Shown piece by piece: positions 8,439-19,136 of a stretch of 64,000 nt of DNA. How positions within the stretch are numbered: position 1 is the first letter of the stretch; each line of letters starts with the position of its first letter. A program made the position numbers and the translations under genes. The notes under the pieces were generated by a model. It had not been told where the DNA came from, made no database searches, and saw nothing but the letters and a program-made list of their open reading frames with translations. The DNA comes from Deltaproteobacteria bacterium (GTDB lineage: Bacteria; Desulfobacterota; BSN033; UBA1163). Location of the stretch: positions 19,989-83,988 of the forward strand of contig JAGXTA010000003.1 of NCBI GenBank assembly GCA_018333535.1, written 5' to 3'.

Positions 8439-8963
8439 ATGGAGTGGACATTACTTCTGAATTCAACTTTCGAACCGTTGAGAGTGGTGACCTGGAAAAA
8501 AGCAATCATTATGGTCATGCTCGGGAAAGTGGAAGTGATCGAACAGTATGAACGGGCCATCAGGGGAATCAGCGTCTCGATTCATCTTCCGGCCGTCATT
8601 CGTTTAAATCGGTTTATCAGGAGAAAAACACCCATCATTAAATTTTCCAGACAAAATTTGTATGTCAGGGACAAGGGGATATGTCAATATTGCGGAACCC
8701 CTTTTGAGCATAAAGAGCTGACCTATGATCATGTTGTCCCCCGTTCCAAAGGCGGGCAGACAGAATGGACAAATGTCGTCACCTGTTGCACGGCTTGTAA
8801 TCTCAGAAAGGGAGGGAGAACGCCGGAAGAGGCAGGCATGATCTTAATGAAAAAGCCTAAGGCCCCTATCTGGATCCCTCTATTAACCAAGAGCCTAGGG
8901 ATCGACGAAACTCCTTCGCCTTGGAAGGATTATCTCTACCTTCATCAGGAATGGTCACTATAA
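8439..8963 (+). CDS. HNH endonuclease (McrA-like stand-alone family)
   Basis: LLLNSTFEPL; RD..CQYCG..TYDHVVPRSKGG..WTNVVTCC..CNLRKG. Confidence 0.9.
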   Translation: MEWTLLLNSTFEPLRVVTWKKAIIMVMLGKVEVIEQYERAIRGISVSIHLPAVIRLNRFIRRKTPIIKFSRQNLYVRDKGICQYCGTPFEHKELTYDHVVPRSKGGQTEWTNVVTCCTACNLRKGGRTPEEAGMILMKKPKAPIWIPLLTKSLGIDETPSPWKDYLYLHQEWSL

Positions 8964-9066
8964 ACGTTCATGGATACGATACCCGGTAACCCACCCTTCT
9001 ATTTTAGCCGCCTGTTTAAAAAAAAATGGGGAAAGAGGATTTGACGACTCACCAGAAGGAGAGGCC

Positions 9067-9585
9067 ATGAAACATCTTTGGGCTCCATGGAGAATGGATT
9101 ATATTCTGAGGCGAAAAGAAAAAGGGTGCATCTTCTGCCTTCATCCAAGGTGTGATGGAGACAGGGACAATCTCATTTTATATCGAGGGAATCATGCCTT
9201 TGTAATGATGAATAGATATCCTTACAATAATGGTCATCTGATGGTCGTCCCCCGTCGGCACTGCATCGACCTGGAATCTTTAAACCACTTTGAGTCAAAA
9301 GAACTCTTTGAACTATTAAGCGCTTCCATCAGGGTGTTAAAGAAATCCCTCTCCCCGGAAGGGTTCAATATCGGTGTCAATATCGGGAAGGTCGGGGGAG
9401 CCGGTGAGGACCATATCCATTTTCATATCGTTCCCCGCTGGCCGGGGGATACCAATTTTATGCCGATCCTGGGGGAGACGAAGATCGTTCCGGAGTATCT
9501 TTCAAACACTTACCAGAGGCTTCATTCTGCCTTTATCGAACATCTGAAAAAAAGACCGGGACAGAAAGGAGGAGGAAAAAAGTGA
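9067..9585 (+). CDS. HIT family hydrolase (Ap4A phosphorylase-like)
   Basis: LWAPWRM, CIFC, NRYPYNNGHLMV and HIHFHIVPRW motifs. Confidence 0.9.
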   Translation: MKHLWAPWRMDYILRRKEKGCIFCLHPRCDGDRDNLILYRGNHAFVMMNRYPYNNGHLMVVPRRHCIDLESLNHFESKELFELLSASIRVLKKSLSPEGFNIGVNIGKVGGAGEDHIHFHIVPRWPGDTNFMPILGETKIVPEYLSNTYQRLHSAFIEHLKKRPGQKGGGKK

Positions 9586-9914
9586 AATGGATTAAAACGC
9601 TTCTCATCATGATCATCTTCATCCTTGTCATCCTCTTCTCCCTTCAAAACAGGGAAGAAGTGGCTCTCCGATTTGGCCTTTATCCCATCCAAGATCAGTT
9701 TTGGGAGGTCCCCAGGCTTCCCCTTTTTTTAATCATTCTCTGCTCCGTCTTTTTGGGGGTGTTGATCGGAGGGATCGGAGACCTTTACCAAAGGTTTCAA
9801 CTTAAAAAATCCCTTCGCCAAAATGAAAAAATGATTGAGAGATTGAGTAGGGAAGTTGAAACCCTTCGGGGCTCAGGCGTGGAACCATCCTCGTATTTTA
9901 AAAAAGATGTTTGA
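9582..9914 (+). CDS. LapA-family lipopolysaccharide assembly protein A domain protein
   Basis: TM-FSLQN-TM-coiled coil layout; GTG start overlapping the HIT stop. Confidence 0.75.
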   Translation: MKWIKTLLIMIIFILVILFSLQNREEVALRFGLYPIQDQFWEVPRLPLFLIILCSVFLGVLIGGIGDLYQRFQLKKSLRQNEKMIERLSREVETLRGSGVEPSSYFKKDV

Positions 9915-9967
9915 TCTATTCAAGAAATTCATGAAAGCAATCTGCCCTTACTTTGAAAAATATTCTC

Positions 9968-9996
9968 TTGCATTTAGGATGAATTTGTAGTATAGT
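9968..9996 (+). promoter_or_regulatory. Sigma70 promoter of the rimP operon
   Basis: TTGCAT-N17-TATAGT. Confidence 0.65.
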
Positions 9997-10020
9997 TTTT
10001 CCAAAGAGTCGGGTCTGCTG

Positions 10021-10051
10021 AAAAAGCGGGCTATTTGCCCGCTTTTTTTTT
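10021..10051 (+). terminator. rimP leader terminator-like hairpin (attenuator)
   Basis: AAAAAGCGGGC-tattt-GCCCGCTTTTTTTTT between the promoter and the rimP start. Confidence 0.7.
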
Positions 10052-10080
10052 AGGACTCCTCTTTTAAAAGAGAAAGAAAG

Positions 10081-10539
10081 ATGTCAGAGGAGATGATCCA
10101 TCGGTTGATGAAAATGATCGACCCCATCCTTTTAGATGAAGGGATGGAATGCGTTGATCTGGAATACCGGAGGGAGGCCAGAGGATGGATCTTGCGCATT
10201 TATATCGATAAAGAGGGCCGGGTCACGCTCGACGATTGCGCCCGAATCAACCAAAAAGTAGGAAGAACGTTAGATGTGGAAAACCCCATCGAGTCCCCTT
10301 ATCACTTAGAAGTTTCTTCTCCAGGTTTAACAAGACCCCTCAAGACGGAAAAAGATTTCGTAAGATATCAGAATCGACTGGTGAGGGTTAAGACCGTTGA
10401 GCCCATTGAGAATCAACGACAGTTCAAAGGAAGGCTTTTAAGGGTTATCGATAAGGGGATTGAAATCGAAATGGATGAAACGATCGTCCATATCCCTTTT
10501 CAAAGCATTGCAAAGGCCCGTTTAGAGTTGGAGTTTTAA
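10081..10539 (+). CDS. rimP: Ribosome maturation factor RimP
   Basis: LRIYIDK and YHLEVSSPGLTRPL motifs; operon position. Confidence 0.95.
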   Translation: MSEEMIHRLMKMIDPILLDEGMECVDLEYRREARGWILRIYIDKEGRVTLDDCARINQKVGRTLDVENPIESPYHLEVSSPGLTRPLKTEKDFVRYQNRLVRVKTVEPIENQRQFKGRLLRVIDKGIEIEMDETIVHIPFQSIAKARLELEF

Positions 10540-10564
10540 GAAGGATAAGAAGGAGAGATCGACC

Positions 10565-12043
10565 ATGCCGACCAATCTAAATTTTGTGATTGACCAGGTG
10601 GGAAAGGACAAAGGGATCGACCGGAGGGTGATCATCGAAGCCCTGGAACAAGCGGTCCTGACCGCCTCCAGAAAAAAATACGGTCAACAGGGAGAGATTG
10701 AGGTTCACTATAACGAGGAAATTGGCGAGGTGGAGTTATTTCAATTTAAACAGGTCGTCGAAGAAGTGATCGACCCCTCAACGGAAATCTTGCTTGAAGA
10801 GGCAAAGGAACTGGACAGCGAGGTCCAGATTGGGGACAGCCTGGGTGTCAAACTCAATACCGATTTTGGTCGGATCGGCGCCCAGACGGCGAAACAGGTG
10901 ATCATCCAGAAGGTTCGCGATGCCGAAAGGGATAATGTCTTTAATGAGTTTAAAGACCGCAAAGGAGATCTTGTTAGTGGAATGGTCCAGAGGATGGAGA
11001 AAGGAAATCTTTTCGTCAATATTGGAAGAGCGGAAGCCGTCCTATTATCCAAAGAGCAGATTCCGGGTGAGGTCTACCGACAGGGAGAACGGATCAGAGC
11101 CTATATTCTTGATGTTCAGAAGAATGCCAAGGGACCCCAGGTCTTTCTTTCCAGAACGCATCCGGGGTTTGTCATCAAGCTTTTCGAAATGGAGGTGCCG
11201 GAGATCGCCGAAGGGGTGATCAAGATCATCAGCGCCGCCCGGGAACCAGGAGAGAGGGCGAAGATCTCCGTCTACAGCTCAAGCCGTGATGTCGATCCAG
11301 TCGGAGCCTGTGTAGGAATGAAAGGTTCCAGGGTCCAGAATGTGGTTCAGGAACTCCGCGGCGAACGGATCGATATCATCCCGTGGTCACAGGATCAGGC
11401 CAAATATATTTGCAGCGCGCTTGCTCCTGCCAAGGTCTCAAGAGTTTATATCGATGAGGAAAACCGTCATATGGAGGTGGTGGTTGCGGATGACCAGCTT
11501 TCCCTTTCCATAGGGAAAAAAGGGCAGAATGTTCGTTTGACCTCCAAATTAACAGGCTGGAAGATTGACATCAAGAGCGAATCAAAGATGGAAAAGATTT
11601 CGGGCGAGATTCTGGAGAGCTTTAAGGGCCTTCCGCATATCGGCGATGTGGGAAGCCGCATCCTTTATAGCGAAGGGTTTCGATCTCTCCAGGAGCTTGG
11701 GGAAGCGGATCCCGAAGAATTGGCCAAGATTTTAGGGACCGAGAAGGGGAAGGCAGCCGAAATTGTTCAAATCGCATTGCGGATGGTTCAGGCGAAGGGG
11801 CCTGAAGAAGGTGCTATGGAATCTCCACAAGCTGTCGAAGCATCGGGCCTCGACGCTCTGGAAAGAATAGAAGGGGTCGGAAAGAAACTTGCAGAAATCC
11901 TTAAAAGCCATGGATTTCATACCATCCAGGACATTCTGAAGTCAGACGTGGAAAAACTTTCAAACCTTCCGGGAATTGGTGAAAAAAAGGCGGATAAATT
12001 GATCCGCTCAGCGAAAGAGTTTCTTGAAAGCAACCCCTCATGA
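10565..12043 (+). CDS. nusA: Transcription factor NusA with C-terminal HhH repeats
   Basis: FGRIGAQTAKQ, S1 and KH domains (DPVGACVGMKGSRV). Confidence 0.97.
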   Translation: MPTNLNFVIDQVGKDKGIDRRVIIEALEQAVLTASRKKYGQQGEIEVHYNEEIGEVELFQFKQVVEEVIDPSTEILLEEAKELDSEVQIGDSLGVKLNTDFGRIGAQTAKQVIIQKVRDAERDNVFNEFKDRKGDLVSGMVQRMEKGNLFVNIGRAEAVLLSKEQIPGEVYRQGERIRAYILDVQKNAKGPQVFLSRTHPGFVIKLFEMEVPEIAEGVIKIISAAREPGERAKISVYSSSRDVDPVGACVGMKGSRVQNVVQELRGERIDIIPWSQDQAKYICSALAPAKVSRVYIDEENRHMEVVVADDQLSLSIGKKGQNVRLTSKLTGWKIDIKSESKMEKISGEILESFKGLPHIGDVGSRILYSEGFRSLQELGEADPEELAKILGTEKGKAAEIVQIALRMVQAKGPEEGAMESPQAVEASGLDALERIEGVGKKLAEILKSHGFHTIQDILKSDVEKLSNLPGIGEKKADKLIRSAKEFLESNPS

Positions 12044-12279
12044 GCCATAGGGGATATGTCCCGATTCGCATGTGCATGGGATGCGGAAAGAGAAGAAAGA
12101 AAGAGGAAATGATTCGCTTTACCCGGACCGCCGGCGATCAAGCTCTGGTTCCCGCTGGAAAGAATCAGGATGGGCGAGGGTTTTATCTCTGCCCGGATGC
12201 ATCCTGTTTAAAAGCCGCAAAGAAGAAGCGGCGGTTAGAACCCTTTAAAGATAATTGCAAAATGCAAATTGAAAAATGA
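12040..12279 (+). CDS. ylxR: YlxR/DUF448 RNA-binding protein
   Basis: PIRMCMGC..GRGFYLC..C; lies between nusA and infB. Confidence 0.85.
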   Translation: MSHRGYVPIRMCMGCGKRRKKEEMIRFTRTAGDQALVPAGKNQDGRGFYLCPDASCLKAAKKKRRLEPFKDNCKMQIEK

Positions 12280-12310
12280 GCGAACAAAGCTAATTTTCTA
12301 ATTTGCATTG
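12252..12310. repeat. Inverted degenerate heptamer arms (AATGCAA type)
   Basis: aattgcaaaatgcaaattgaaaaat ... attttctaatttgcatt; related copy at 22112-22222. Confidence 0.55.
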
Positions 12311-12347
12311 ATCTCTTGAAAAGGGTTGTTATAAAGGAGGAAGTTGA

Positions 12348-14894
12348 ATGGCGAAGGTAAAAGTCCTCGACCTTGCAGGTGAAGTTGGGGTAGGGGACGA
12401 CAAACTGCTTCAGAAATTAAAACGGATGGGGTTGAAGGTTAAGGATAAAAAGCCTGAACCTTCCGAGAAGGCCGCCCCGCTCTCTGATGAGAAGATCATT
12501 GAAAAGGATGCTGAGAAAGAGGTCGTCGAGAAGCGGGTCAAACCCACGGTCATCCGAAGAAGAACGAGAAGTCTCGAGATTCCGCCCCCGCCCCCTCCTC
12601 CTGTCTCTGTCGCACCCGAGATTGTCGTTCCAAAAGAAGTGACCAAACATGAAGTGATTCCCCCTAAATTGGAGGCAGAGGCAAAGTTCGCGAAGAAAGG
12701 GGAGAAAAGGGAAGAAAAGGGAAGCAAACCCTCCCCAAAATTCCAGAAGGCAGAGAAGAAACCGGAAGGAATCATCGAGGTGAAAGCCGAAGTCAAAGAG
12801 GTTGAGCCATCCAAGCCGGTCGCCGCTCCTGCCAGACCTGTAGTCAGAGAAGGTGCGGAAGGCCCCAAGAAGGCTGCGGAAGCGGTAAAACAGAAGGAAG
12901 TCCCTGCTAAAAAGTTGGAGACAAAATTTCCCACGAAAGAAGAACTCCTTCAAGCGAAGAAAAAGGGGATCATTAAGAAACGAAAACTGATCGAAGAGAG
13001 GATGGTGCAGGAGGAGGATTTTACAGAAGATAAAAAACATGAAAAAGAAGGGGAGTTGATAGGCAGACCCTTTAAACCTTTTAAGAAGAAGCTCGTTCTG
13101 AAGTCACCCAAAAAGACGGAGATCACGGTCCCCAAACCCATCAAGAGAATCATTCGGATTGCCGAGGTCATCTCGGTCGGCGACCTTGCCAAAAGGATGG
13201 GCGTCAAGGGGGGGGATTTGATTAAAAAATTGATGGATATCGGCGTCATGGTCACGATCAACCAGATGATTGATGCGGATGTGGCTTCCCTGGCGGCGAG
13301 TGAGTTCGGATATGAAGTGGAACGCGTTTCCATTGAACGTCAGGAGCTTCTCGAAAGGAAAGAGGATCGCCCCGAAGAATTACAGGCCAGGCCTCCCGTG
13401 GTCACGATCATGGGCCATGTCGATCACGGTAAAACCATGCTCCTGGACGCCATCCGGAAGACGAACGTGTTGGAAGGCGAGGCGGGTGGAATCACCCAGC
13501 ATATCGGGGCCTATGATGTCCAGCTGGAAAACGGGCATGTCGTTTTTATCGATACTCCCGGCCATGAGGCATTTACGGCAATGAGGGCCAGGGGAGCACA
13601 GGTGACCGATGTGGTTGTCCTGGTGGTCGCTGCGGATGACGGGGTCATGCCGCAGACCAAAGAGGCCATCGATCATGCCAGGGCAGCGAAGGTTCCCATC
13701 CTCGTCGCCATCAACAAAATTGACAAACAGAATGCCAATCCCGAAAAAGTGAAAAAAGAAATGTCAGAATATGGATTGGCTCCCGAACAATGGGGAGGCA
13801 GCACGCTCTATGCGGAAATATCCGCCAAACAGAAGATCGGAATCAAAGAATTGCTCGAACTCGTTTTACTTCAGGCGGAGATTCTGGAGTTGAAAGCCAA
13901 CCCCAATAAGCCGGCTCGGGGGATTGTGATTGAAGCCAAGCTTGACAAGGGAAGAGGACCCGTTGCAACCGTTCTGGTTCAAGAGGGGACCTTGAAGGCA
14001 GGGGATGTCTTCATTGCAGGCTCTCACTATGGAAGGGTAAGGGCCATGCTCAACGATAAAGGGCAGAAGATCGAAAAGGCAGACCCCTCCACCCCGGTGG
14101 AAGTGTTGGGTTTTACGGATGTTCCGGATGCCGGAGAGACGTTCATCGTGGTTACGGAAGAGAGGATGGCCAAACAGATCAGCCTCTATCGACAGGAGAA
14201 GATTCGCGACAAAGAACTCTCCAAGCTGAGCAAGGTCTCTCTTGAAGAGCTCTATGAAAAGATCAAGAAGGGTGAGATCAAAGAGCTTAATACGGTCATC
14301 AAAGCGGACGTCCAGGGATCGATCGAAGCGATGAAGGAGGCTTTGAAAAAACTTTCCAACGATGAAGTAAAAGTGAACATCATCCATGACGGAGTCGGCG
14401 GAATCACGGAAACCGATGTGAACCTCGCTTCCGCCTCCAATGCGATCATCATCGGGTTCAATGTGAGGCCAGGCCCCAAGGCCCAATCTCTCGCCGAGCA
14501 GGAAAGCGTCGATCTCCGGTCCTATTCGGTTATTTACGATGCTGTCTCGGATATCAAGAAAGCCATGGAGGGCCTCTTAGAACCGACCTACAAGGAGCAT
14601 CTTCTGGGCAGAGCCCAGGTGCTTCAGCTCTTCAATGTCCGTAAAATGGGGACCGTTGCCGGGAGCTTGATCACCGACGGGAAAGTGGTCAGGGGATCCC
14701 ACGCCAGACTTCTCAGGGACAACGTCGTCATTTACGACGGACGGATTTCCTCGCTCAAACGATTTAAAGACGATATGAAGGAGTGCACTCAGGGTCTTGA
14801 ATGCGGCATCTGGATGGAGAATTTTAACGACATCAAACCCGGGGATATCATTGAATCCTATGAGATGGAGGAAATTCAGTCTCACTTGTCTTGA
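12348..14894 (+). CDS. infB: Translation initiation factor IF-2
   Basis: [16 protein letters not shown] and NKID motifs. Confidence 0.98.
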   Translation: MAKVKVLDLAGEVGVGDDKLLQKLKRMGLKVKDKKPEPSEKAAPLSDEKIIEKDAEKEVVEKRVKPTVIRRRTRSLEIPPPPPPPVSVAPEIVVPKEVTKHEVIPPKLEAEAKFAKKGEKREEKGSKPSPKFQKAEKKPEGIIEVKAEVKEVEPSKPVAAPARPVVREGAEGPKKAAEAVKQKEVPAKKLETKFPTKEELLQAKKKGIIKKRKLIEERMVQEEDFTEDKKHEKEGELIGRPFKPFKKKLVLKSPKKTEITVPKPIKRIIRIAEVISVGDLAKRMGVKGGDLIKKLMDIGVMVTINQMIDADVASLAASEFGYEVERVSIERQELLERKEDRPEELQARPPVVTIMGHVDHGKTMLLDAIRKTNVLEGEAGGITQHIGAYDVQLENGHVVFIDTPGHEAFTAMRARGAQVTDVVVLVVAADDGVMPQTKEAIDHARAAKVPILVAINKIDKQNANPEKVKKEMSEYGLAPEQWGGSTLYAEISAKQKIGIKELLELVLLQAEILELKANPNKPARGIVIEAKLDKGRGPVATVLVQEGTLKAGDVFIAGSHYGRVRAMLNDKGQKIEKADPSTPVEVLGFTDVPDAGETFIVVTEERMAKQISLYRQEKIRDKELSKLSKVSLEELYEKIKKGEIKELNTVIKADVQGSIEAMKEALKKLSNDEVKVNIIHDGVGGITETDVNLASASNAIIIGFNVRPGPKAQSLAEQESVDLRSYSVIYDAVSDIKKAMEGLLEPTYKEHLLGRAQVLQLFNVRKMGTVAGSLITDGKVVRGSHARLLRDNVVIYDGRISSLKRFKDDMKECTQGLECGIWMENFNDIKPGDIIESYEMEEIQSHLS

Positions 14895-14926
14895 GCCCCA
14901 ATGGGTTGAAACGGGAGGAAAAAGGG

Positions 14927-15214
14927 ATGGTCGTTGGAATTTGTCAGCTTGATTTTCGAATTCCGGAGAATCATTCGCTCAAAGGAAAGCGCCATGTCCT
15001 CCGAAAAATGATCGACAGAGTGAGACATCGATTCAATGTATCCATCTCGGAGGTCGGGGACCAGGATCTCTGGCAGAGGGCGCAGATCGGGATCTGCGCG
15101 GTGGGAAATGACCGCAGGCATATTAACTCCAGTCTGGACAAGGTGGTTGATTTCATCGAAAAGATGAGCCTCGGAGAGCTGGTTCATACGGAGATGGAGA
15201 TCCTTTCGGTCTGA
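14927..15214 (+). CDS. DUF503 (YlxP) protein
   Basis: MVVG..SLKGKR..FNVSISEVGDQDLWQR. Confidence 0.9.
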   Translation: MVVGICQLDFRIPENHSLKGKRHVLRKMIDRVRHRFNVSISEVGDQDLWQRAQIGICAVGNDRRHINSSLDKVVDFIEKMSLGELVHTEMEILSV

Positions 15215-15221
15215 ACCTTGG

Positions 15222-15293
15222 GACATACAATGAACGATGGACAATGAACAAAAAAGATGCCTTATCGTTCATCGTATATCGTTTAACGTTCAT
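15222..15293. repeat. Inverted heptamer arms (ACAATGA/ACGATGG family), copy 1
   Basis: The 23-mer gacatacaatgaacgatggacaa is also at 30460-30482; a 17-mer is shared with 26920. Confidence 0.7.
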
Positions 15294-15302
15294 GGTAAGA
15301 AA

Positions 15303-15671
15303 ATGGAAGGAAAACGTTCCGATAAAGTGGCAGACCTGATCCGCAAGGAGGTCTCTGAGATGTTTGTGAGATCGGTCAAGGATCCCCGGATCGGTTTGAT
15401 CACCATTACCAGGGTGACGGTGACCCAGGACTGCCGTTCGGCCAGGATCCATTTCAGTGTGCCGGGCTCTATGGAGGAGAGGGAAAGGGCCATCAAAGGC
15501 CTTGATAGCGCCAAAGGATATATCCGGAGAGAACTGGCCCGGAGGATCAACCTTCGCTATACCCCTGAGATATTATTTGAATTTGATCCTTCGATTGAGT
15601 ATGCCATCCATATTGGAGAAGTTTTGCAATCCCTTCAAAAAGAGAGAGAGGAGAACCCCGATGAGAATTGA
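15303..15671 (+). CDS. rbfA: Ribosome-binding factor A
   Basis: KDPRIG..TITRV..LRYTPEILFEFD. Confidence 0.95.
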   Translation: MEGKRSDKVADLIRKEVSEMFVRSVKDPRIGLITITRVTVTQDCRSARIHFSVPGSMEERERAIKGLDSAKGYIRRELARRINLRYTPEILFEFDPSIEYAIHIGEVLQSLQKEREENPDEN

Positions 15672-16602
15672 CGGCCTTCTCGTCGTGGATAAGCCTGAGG
15701 GAATGACCTCTCTTGATGTTGTAAGGGAGATCAAGGCCAGATTTTTAATCAAGAAGGCGGGTCATATTGGAACGCTTGACCCTTTTGCCACGGGTGTCCT
15801 GCCCATCGTCATCAATGAGGGAACAAAGCTGGTTCCTTTCCTGCACGATGATCCGAAGGATTACGAAGCAGTGATGAAGCTCGGAGAAGAGACCAGAACA
15901 GACGACCTCACCGGCGAAATCGTTAAGAAAGGGGTCTGGGAAGGCCTCTCAACGGAAGTCATCCGGATGGTTTTTAAATCATTCTCAGGAAAAATCCGCC
16001 AGACTCCGCCGATGTTTTCGGCCGTGAAGGTAAAAGGAAAACCCCTCTACCGGATGGCCAGAAAAGGAATTGAGATCGAACGGGAGGAGAGGGAGATTCA
16101 TCTCTACGATCTCCAGATACAAAAGATCGACCTTCCTATCATCCATTTCAGAGTTTCCTGTTCAAGAGGGACTTATATCCGCGCTCTGGCAAGGGACATT
16201 GGGAAACGGATCGGGTGCGGGGCTCATCTCATCTCTTTGAGACGAACCCGCAGCGGTCCCTTTACTCTCGAACAGGCCATTCCGATGGATGGATTGAAGG
16301 CGCTTACGGGGAACGAAGCCTTCCATTCCTCGCTCATTCCAATGAGAGAGGTTCTGTTGGGTCTCCCCGAAGTGATCGGAGATGAGCGGATGATCCGGAA
16401 GGTCCGTTATGGAAAAGAGATGATCGTGAGAGACCTCGACCCGCAAACGCTTCCTCCCTTTGAGGAAGGACAGTGGCTCAAGATGTCCTCTCCTGAAGAA
16501 GGATTGGTGGCTATTTTACAGTCGGTTTTAAGGGGCGGAGAGATCGGAAAGGCGGACCCGGACAGGATCGCCCTTCGTCCATTAAGAGTTTTTAGGCCTT
16601 AA
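15661..16602 (+). CDS. truB: tRNA pseudouridine(55) synthase
   Basis: DKPEGMTS, GHIGTLDPFATG and CSRGTYIR motifs. Confidence 0.96.
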   Translation: MRIDGLLVVDKPEGMTSLDVVREIKARFLIKKAGHIGTLDPFATGVLPIVINEGTKLVPFLHDDPKDYEAVMKLGEETRTDDLTGEIVKKGVWEGLSTEVIRMVFKSFSGKIRQTPPMFSAVKVKGKPLYRMARKGIEIEREEREIHLYDLQIQKIDLPIIHFRVSCSRGTYIRALARDIGKRIGCGAHLISLRRTRSGPFTLEQAIPMDGLKALTGNEAFHSSLIPMREVLLGLPEVIGDERMIRKVRYGKEMIVRDLDPQTLPPFEEGQWLKMSSPEEGLVAILQSVLRGGEIGKADPDRIALRPLRVFRP

Positions 16603-16696
16603 CCCCATCCTTCCGGTGGCCACCCCGCCTTGCGGGATGCTACTGAGAGAGAGAAGGTGAGGGGAAAGATCCTATTTAAATTGAAGGAGGAATTTC

Positions 16697-16966
16697 ATGG
16701 CATTGGTTCAAGACAAGAAAAAAGAGATCATTGACAAATTTAGGGCTCACGAGAAGGACACCGGATCACCGGAGGTTCAAGTTGCCCTTCTCAGTGAACG
16801 GATCCGTTATCTCACCGACCATTTCAAAGGGCACAAGAAGGATCATCACTCAAGGAGAGGCCTCTTGAAGCTGGTGGGACAGCGAAGAAGGCTTCTCAAC
16901 TACCTGAAGGAGAACAGGATGGATCGTTATCGAATGATCATCGAACAATTAGGGCTCCGAAAATAA
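16697..16966 (+). CDS. rpsO: 30S ribosomal protein S15
   Basis: [19 protein letters not shown]. Confidence 0.98.
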   Translation: MALVQDKKKEIIDKFRAHEKDTGSPEVQVALLSERIRYLTDHFKGHKKDHHSRRGLLKLVGQRRRLLNYLKENRMDRYRMIIEQLGLRK

Positions 16967-17017
16967 AGCGGATGCTTTTTAAAAAAATTGAATAAACGAA
17001 GGAGAGTGAACAAGCCT

Positions 17018-19111
17018 ATGATGCAAAAGTTGCAGATCGAATTGGGTGGAAGGCCCTTTTCCATAGAGACAGGAAAGGTGGCCAAGCAGGCCAACGGCTC
17101 GGTGGTGGTTCAGTATGGCGAGACCGTGGTATTGGTTACAGCGGTGTCATCGGAGGAGAAGAGAGAGGGGATTGATTTCCTCCCCCTTACGGTGAACTAT
17201 CAGGAGATGACCTATGCGGCGGGAAGAATCCCTGGAGGATTTTTTAAGAGGGAGGGAAGGGCGACCGACCGTGAGATCCTCATCTCCCGATTCATCGACC
17301 GACCCTTGAGGCCTCTCTTCCCGAAAGGATTCCAGAACGAGACACAGATTATTGCAACGGTTCTCTCTGCAGATTCGGGGAATGATCCCTCTGTTCTGGG
17401 AATGATCGGGGCTTCGACCGCCCTCTATCTCTCCGATATTCCCTTCGATGTTCCCATCGCGGGAGCAAAAGTGGGAAGAATCGATGGGGAATATGTCCTC
17501 AACCCCGCGCCCGACGAATTGGAGCTGAGCGATATCGATCTCTTTGTCGCCGGAAGCGAGGATGCGATTATCATGGTCGAGGGCAGTGCAAAGGAGGTGA
17601 AAGAGGAGGTCATCCTGGAGGCCATCCTATTCGGCCACCAGTCCCTTAAGCCTGTCATCGAACTCCAAAAACAGCTCAGAGAAGTTTGTGGAACGAAGAA
17701 GAGGGAGTTCGACTTCAAAAAAACCGACGTGGCCCTTCTCGAAAAGGTGACGGGGATCACGCAAGAGAAATTACGGGAGGCCTATCGGATCCCGGAAAAG
17801 GCGAAGAGGCGGGAGCAATTGGAGGACATCTTTAATTTCGCCCTGAAGGAATGCCAGGCCGAAGATGAACCGGCCCGGAAGATGGTGAAGAAAGTTTTCG
17901 AGGAGTTGGACCGCAAACTGAAGAGAAAATGGATCCTGGAGAAGAGAGAGAGGATCGATGGGAGGGGCCTGCCGGAGATTCGCCCCATCTCATGCGAAGT
18001 CGGAATCCTTCCCCGAACCCATGGCTCCGCCCTTTTCACGCGCGGAGAAACCCAGGTACTGGCCGTGGTCACTTTTGGCACATCCGAAGACGAACAGAAG
18101 ATCAACTCCTTATTGGGAGAGACCTATAAATCGTTTATGCTTCACTACAACTTTCCTCCGTTCAGCACCGGGGAAGTCTCTCCTTTGAGATCGCCTTCTC
18201 GAAGGGAGATTGGCCATGGAGCCCTGGCGGAGCGGGCGATCCTTCCCATCCTTCCCTCCAGTGAGAAATTTCCTTACACGATTCGAATTGTCTCAGAGGT
18301 CCTGGAGTCGAATGGCTCTTCTTCGATGGCCACCGTATGTGGGGCGACCCTCTCCTTGATGGATGCGGGCGTTCCCATCAAAGCGCCTGTCGCCGGCATC
18401 GCCATGGGGTTGATTCTTGAAAACGGAGGAGAGGCGATTCTCTCCGACATCCTGGGAGACGAAGATCATATCGGCGATATGGATTTCAAGATGGCGGGCA
18501 CAGCCGAAGGGGTAACGGCCATTCAGATGGACATCAAGATCAAGGGGATATCCAAAGAGGTGCTGGGCCGTGTCCTCCAGCAGTCGCGCGAGGGAAGACT
18601 CTTTATCCTTGAAAAGATGAGGGAGACCCTCCCTGACCCCCGGAAGGACCTTTCCCGGCATGCCCCGAGGATTGTTACCCTCCAGGTCAAACAGGAGAAG
18701 ATACGCGATATCATCGGACCAGGGGGAAAGAATATTCGGTCTATTGTCGATCAGACCGGCGTGAAAATCGATGTGGAGGATTCCGGCACCGTCAAGTTAG
18801 CCTCTCCCAATTATGAATCGATTGAAAAAGCAATCCTGATCATCAAAAGGCTCACCCAGGAAGTGGAAGTAGGGGGAATCTACAAGGGCAAGGTGATAAG
18901 GATCATGGGGTTTGGCGCCTTTGTCGAGATCTTTCCTGGGACGGATGGTCTGGTCCACATCTCTCAATTAGCGGATCACCATGTCAAAGAGGTGACCGAT
19001 ATCGTGAAGGAAGGGGATGAGATCACTGTCAAGGTGATCGAGGTTGATCCGGGGGGTCGAATACGTCTCAGCCGAAAGGCCGCCATGAAAGAGGCCACGC
19101 CTTCGAAATAG
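17018..19111 (+). CDS. pnp: Polyribonucleotide nucleotidyltransferase
   Basis: RIPGGFFKRE and RREIGHG motifs, KH and S1 domains. Confidence 0.98.
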   Translation: MMQKLQIELGGRPFSIETGKVAKQANGSVVVQYGETVVLVTAVSSEEKREGIDFLPLTVNYQEMTYAAGRIPGGFFKREGRATDREILISRFIDRPLRPLFPKGFQNETQIIATVLSADSGNDPSVLGMIGASTALYLSDIPFDVPIAGAKVGRIDGEYVLNPAPDELELSDIDLFVAGSEDAIIMVEGSAKEVKEEVILEAILFGHQSLKPVIELQKQLREVCGTKKREFDFKKTDVALLEKVTGITQEKLREAYRIPEKAKRREQLEDIFNFALKECQAEDEPARKMVKKVFEELDRKLKRKWILEKRERIDGRGLPEIRPISCEVGILPRTHGSALFTRGETQVLAVVTFGTSEDEQKINSLLGETYKSFMLHYNFPPFSTGEVSPLRSPSRREIGHGALAERAILPILPSSEKFPYTIRIVSEVLESNGSSSMATVCGATLSLMDAGVPIKAPVAGIAMGLILENGGEAILSDILGDEDHIGDMDFKMAGTAEGVTAIQMDIKIKGISKEVLGRVLQQSREGRLFILEKMRETLPDPRKDLSRHAPRIVTLQVKQEKIRDIIGPGGKNIRSIVDQTGVKIDVEDSGTVKLASPNYESIEKAILIIKRLTQEVEVGGIYKGKVIRIMGFGAFVEIFPGTDGLVHISQLADHHVKEVTDIVKEGDEITVKVIEVDPGGRIRLSRKAAMKEATPSK

Positions 19112-19136
19112 GGAAAGGGATCGGAAAAGGGTAACC

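Noticed and set aside
6927-8963. OMEGA/HEARO RNA with an IscB-like HNH nuclease
   Set aside because: The HNH gene is 1.3 kb away, points the other way, has no RuvC or PLMP, and matches the ordinary stand-alone HNH family.
12410-14486. Long antisense ORFs within infB (likewise within pnp and the tRNA nucleotidyltransferase)
   Set aside because: Shadow frames of highly conserved genes with no recognisable motifs.
15237-15302. N-terminal extension of RbfA (similarly the early starts at 15457, 22208 and 27862)
   Set aside because: The extensions come from repeats or overlap neighbouring genes; the downstream ATGs match family starts.
16603-16696. rpsO autoregulatory leader
   Set aside because: It looks like a degenerate REP-like palindrome and I cannot support a specific S15-binding structure.
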